Of a stretch of 59,112 nt of DNA, positions 57,201 through 59,112 are shown piece by piece (within the stretch, counting starts at the first letter, position 1; the number at the start of each line of letters is the position of its first letter). A model generated the notes under the pieces. That model did not search any database. It had not been told where the DNA came from and saw nothing but the letters and a program-made list of their open reading frames with translations. The stretch is from a virus. Its lineage: Duplodnaviria; Caudoviricetes. The stretch lies in the IMG/VR virus record IMGVR_UViG_3300043256_000282, positions 1 through 59,112 of that record; one strand, 5' to 3'. A program made the translations under genes and the position numbers.

Positions 57201-59112
57201 TGCCGCCGGGCGTCACGCTCACCGAAATCGAGCAACAGATCATCGAGCTTGGCAAACAGGTTATCGCATTGGGCGGCCAACTCCATGAGCGTGAAGGGAC
57301 CATGCGCTTCAATCATCGCACGGGGGAATGGGAGCCGTTTCAGCAGATCGGCCGAGCCGTGGCGCCACGAATCTCGACGCTCGAATTGCTCGATTTGGTA
57401 GCGCAGGGCGAAGGTGGGCGCTTCGATTTGATCGTGCGACTGATCGCCGAACATCCGGACAATCGCGCCTTGCTAGAGAATAAACTGCGCAAGGCAGATG
57501 GAACTTTACGACACAGCCCCGAGGAAGAAGTACGTCGGATTCTCTTGCAGCAGCGTGATGAAATGCGGGGGGCAACCGGGGAGCCGTCCGCGTTCCGGCG
57601 GATCAACGCTGAATTCGCTCGGATTTGGCCCTACTTCCCGACGATGATCCACGATCCCACCACTGGGGCTCGTGTGCAGTTGATCGAGAACAACCCCTTC
57701 CACTACTTCGAGCGGTACGCCAATTTGACCGCCGGGCGACTGGCCTTCATTCGGCACTTCGGCCAGGAGCTTGAGAAGCCGAGTCTCGTGAATCAACTCG
57801 TTGAGATTGTGCAGAACGAGCGCAGCGGTTCCGATGAGGTCATCGCGGTGACACGGGCGCTCCACGGCTTGCCCGTCGAGCGTACCTTCTGGACTCAGCC
57901 CGGCTCGGCGCCGCACCAATTCGGGATCGGGCTTCGACACGCATCGTCAGTTCTTAAAGCGGGCGCGTTGTCGATGACGTGGCCGCAAAACCTGTTAGAG
58001 CCCTTGGGGCGAATCCTGGGGCTTGCCGGCGGCCCGATGAAACAGGATTTTTGGCTTGCGCTGGGGAATCTTTATGGTCCGGCCGACGAGCGGCGGGCGG
58101 CGACGTTGGTGGCCCTTCGCTCGTTGGGCGCGGTCGATCATTGGATTCGCAATCTGTCGATCGATCCGAACCGGCCAGGCGAGACGGCCACTCGGATGCT
58201 GCGCGAAATCCCGACCGTGTTGGTGCGTGTCTTTTGGAAGGAACAGAGCCGGTTGGCAGCGGCAATCGGCTTGGCGAAAGGCGAGCGTATGGCCGCCGGG
58301 CGGGGCAAAGAGAGCGACGTGCAAGATATCATGTCGATGCTCGGATTCGATCGCCCGACCGCCGAAGCGATGGCGCGCGGCGAGGGGACACCGGAACAGT
58401 ATTTGATGATCGCCCGGCGCGCCGGGGCCTACACGACAAACCAGCCGATGGTCAAGGCTGAACAGTCACGGCTGGAACACTCGCGGATATTCCGCTTGTT
58501 GTTCGCCTTCACGACCTACGGCTTCATGGGTGTCCGATGGATGGCATCCAATCTGCGCACGACGATGCCGATCATGCGCGACCTGTGGCGCAACCCAAAG
58601 AGCAAGACCGCCTGGAATCGGGCGCGGGTCAATCTGACCAAGATCAGCACTCAGGCAATGGGGCTCACGACGGCGGGCGCGGGATCGTATTTCCTGATCG
58701 CGCTGGCGACCGGCGGGCTGCACGGTCTCAAGCTGGCGTGGAATGAGGCGAAGGATGACCCAGTAGAATTTCTCTTGGACTCATTCCTCTACACGATGTT
58801 CGCCGGCCCGTTCGGTGCCGTGATGAGATTGACGCAGAATCAAAGCCGAAACCGCTTTGAATCGCTTATCCGCGTCACATGGCCCGGCGCCATCGCCGTC
58901 GAGATTACCGACATGCTGAGCAGCACCGGCCGTTACCGGGACCGTGAATTTTGGGGCCGGGATGGTAAGTTGATGCGGTTCACCGATCGATTCGTCCCGA
59001 TCAACCGAATGATTTGGCAGGGCTTGGCGGTCGTCGGCATCGGAAAAGAAGAACAGCAGATGCGGACGACGATCATGGCGTACTGGCGGGCTCGACAGGA
59101 TATCGCTCCTGT
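54296..59112 (+). CDS. Giant internal virion (ejection) protein, gp16-like; continues across the join to 539 (about 1742 aa)
   Basis: TTG start overlapping the upstream TGA (MTSIFDKLDVAP...); missing from the ORF track, consistent with no stop before the window end; frame joins ORF 24..539. Confidence 0.85.
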   Translation, partial: MTSIFDKLDVAPSLRTAIAPDPRVSPGVVETLRPRRSVFHQLQDDLENDTERSLIPGVRPRARFRGRSTLDALKPPMRDAIADIMATDPTLRIQLERGESMAQARIADPVIRRLVTQGQRFEAPDFVTVFKEEVAKRIVEPTAGEKIVDVGTTIARTALSMAAITESGVASLWEAASKIPGPQGKVFAEFSKDADTASGMLMWGIRRHAAGDPRLEESFLWRQLPEAIGSFGGFMLITAGATGIGGPPAGIAAATMMATTMGVGESRQRRQLAIKEGVLSPDEAQLAELNGALPGVIQVLPVIRALRLMGPKASIAFSRGIRKWAVDGVETAFEEGVVETLGQIGQDAIAKWQFDPNQVIGETAIQTAKVSGAGGFVVGFATSAIRGVRLGRYRKPPDGGNGFRTEAARRIMADALALEEAARRHIDEAATDDRPAQRQALDLLRVNITNLEFVKQGRKKIVADLMERFGLSKRKASRMYIRVKAAYEMVKLAETAAQPAGILRQAQIMVNEALTEPTDPATPQTVDQPIPPERNTFAQSVRQDLYREFRNELTELDVVEEPLGATLPRGVPARFLVGEGGETLPIPLSPFPVTDPAEIRQLGLREHRESISFRDFRLMDLFEANTLAELLQEANPRDAFAVFRAGEDDWRVFFKQAEEATLFEQEPSRGEEAIQEGPEGPGPGPAGVIAAGPEAPPGGPGVVGGGQPGLLGEQFAGPITGRQAELPLPIPSAVELEVEAEAARSRRELAEDESGDLFPQDVANPVPFDDALETAPDGLEFTGTAMPEGDIRAELLRKFEEEPAEALLFAEAMGIKNADQKTPAEIIDEFWATKEEALKDDDGPADVIPLMLYSGIPIPEYLPAMVVKGAGEFAKPTISIAFVDLVDRLRRVSDNPLIQQAADAARLATLDAKAFIGELSALLDPVLRMTGKHALTEEGKATQRIQQIQWDENGEGGVSIFHLALEDKLPPGVTLTEIEQQIIELGKQVIALGGQLHEREGTMRFNHRTGEWEPFQQIGRAVAPRISTLELLDLVAQGEGGRFDLIVRLIAEHPDNRALLENKLRKADGTLRHSPEEEVRRILLQQRDEMRGATGEPSAFRRINAEFARIWPYFPTMIHDPTTGARVQLIENNPFHYFERYANLTAGRLAFIRHFGQELEKPSLVNQLVEIVQNERSGSDEVIAVTRALHGLPVERTFWTQPGSAPHQFGIGLRHASSVLKAGALSMTWPQNLLEPLGRILGLAGGPMKQDFWLALGNLYGPADERRAATLVALRSLGAVDHWIRNLSIDPNRPGETATRMLREIPTVLVRVFWKEQSRLAAAIGLAKGERMAAGRGKESDVQDIMSMLGFDRPTAEAMARGEGTPEQYLMIARRAGAYTTNQPMVKAEQSRLEHSRIFRLLFAFTTYGFMGVRWMASNLRTTMPIMRDLWRNPKSKTAWNRARVNLTKISTQAMGLTTAGAGSYFLIALATGGLHGLKLAWNEAKDDPVEFLLDSFLYTMFAGPFGAVMRLTQNQSRNRFESLIRVTWPGAIAVEITDMLSSTGRYRDREFWGRDGKLMRFTDRFVPINRMIWQGLAVVGIGKEEQQMRTTIMAYWRARQDIAP
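58986..59112. repeat. Terminal 127-bp direct repeat, right copy
   Basis: Identical to 1-127. Confidence 0.97.

Noticed and set aside
58986-59112. 127-bp terminal repeat as the biological terminal repeat
   Set aside because: It lies within a continuous CDS and its length matches a common assembler k-mer; it only shows circularity.

Overview
The window is a complete, circularly permuted dsDNA phage genome. Bases 1-127 repeat exactly at 58986-59112, an assembler-type overlap that gives a unit length of 58,985 bp. The virion module is T7-like/podovirus: portal, scaffold, major capsid, tail tube A and B, three internal/ejection proteins (the largest about 1742 aa, spanning the contig join), a tail fibre and a T7-type large terminase. 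There is no phage RNA polymerase, family-A DNA polymerase, integrase or recognisable endolysin. DNA metabolism relies on RecT, a PD-(D/E)XK nuclease, an SMC-like ATPase, a DnaC-like loader, RusA, a minimal PolX and a beta-class methyltransferase. The accessory content is unusual in three ways. (i) An RNA-level control toolkit: a divergent CsrA/RsmA homolog, a promoter-to-terminator small RNA with ANGGA-loop hairpins, an RRM protein, a tRNA-Arg(CCT), and two long structured non-coding regions, each behind the same promoter plus pseudoknot/terminator leader architecture. (ii) A nonulosonic (sialic) acid cluster next to the head genes: NeuD-like, NeuA fused to a NeuC fragment, two Maf/DUF115-like proteins and a radical SAM/SPASM enzyme. 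(iii) A second tail-collar/LamG adhesin cassette and a GH56-like TIM-barrel protein. All protein calls come from motif recognition by eye, not database searches. A Planctomycetota-like host is only an inference.
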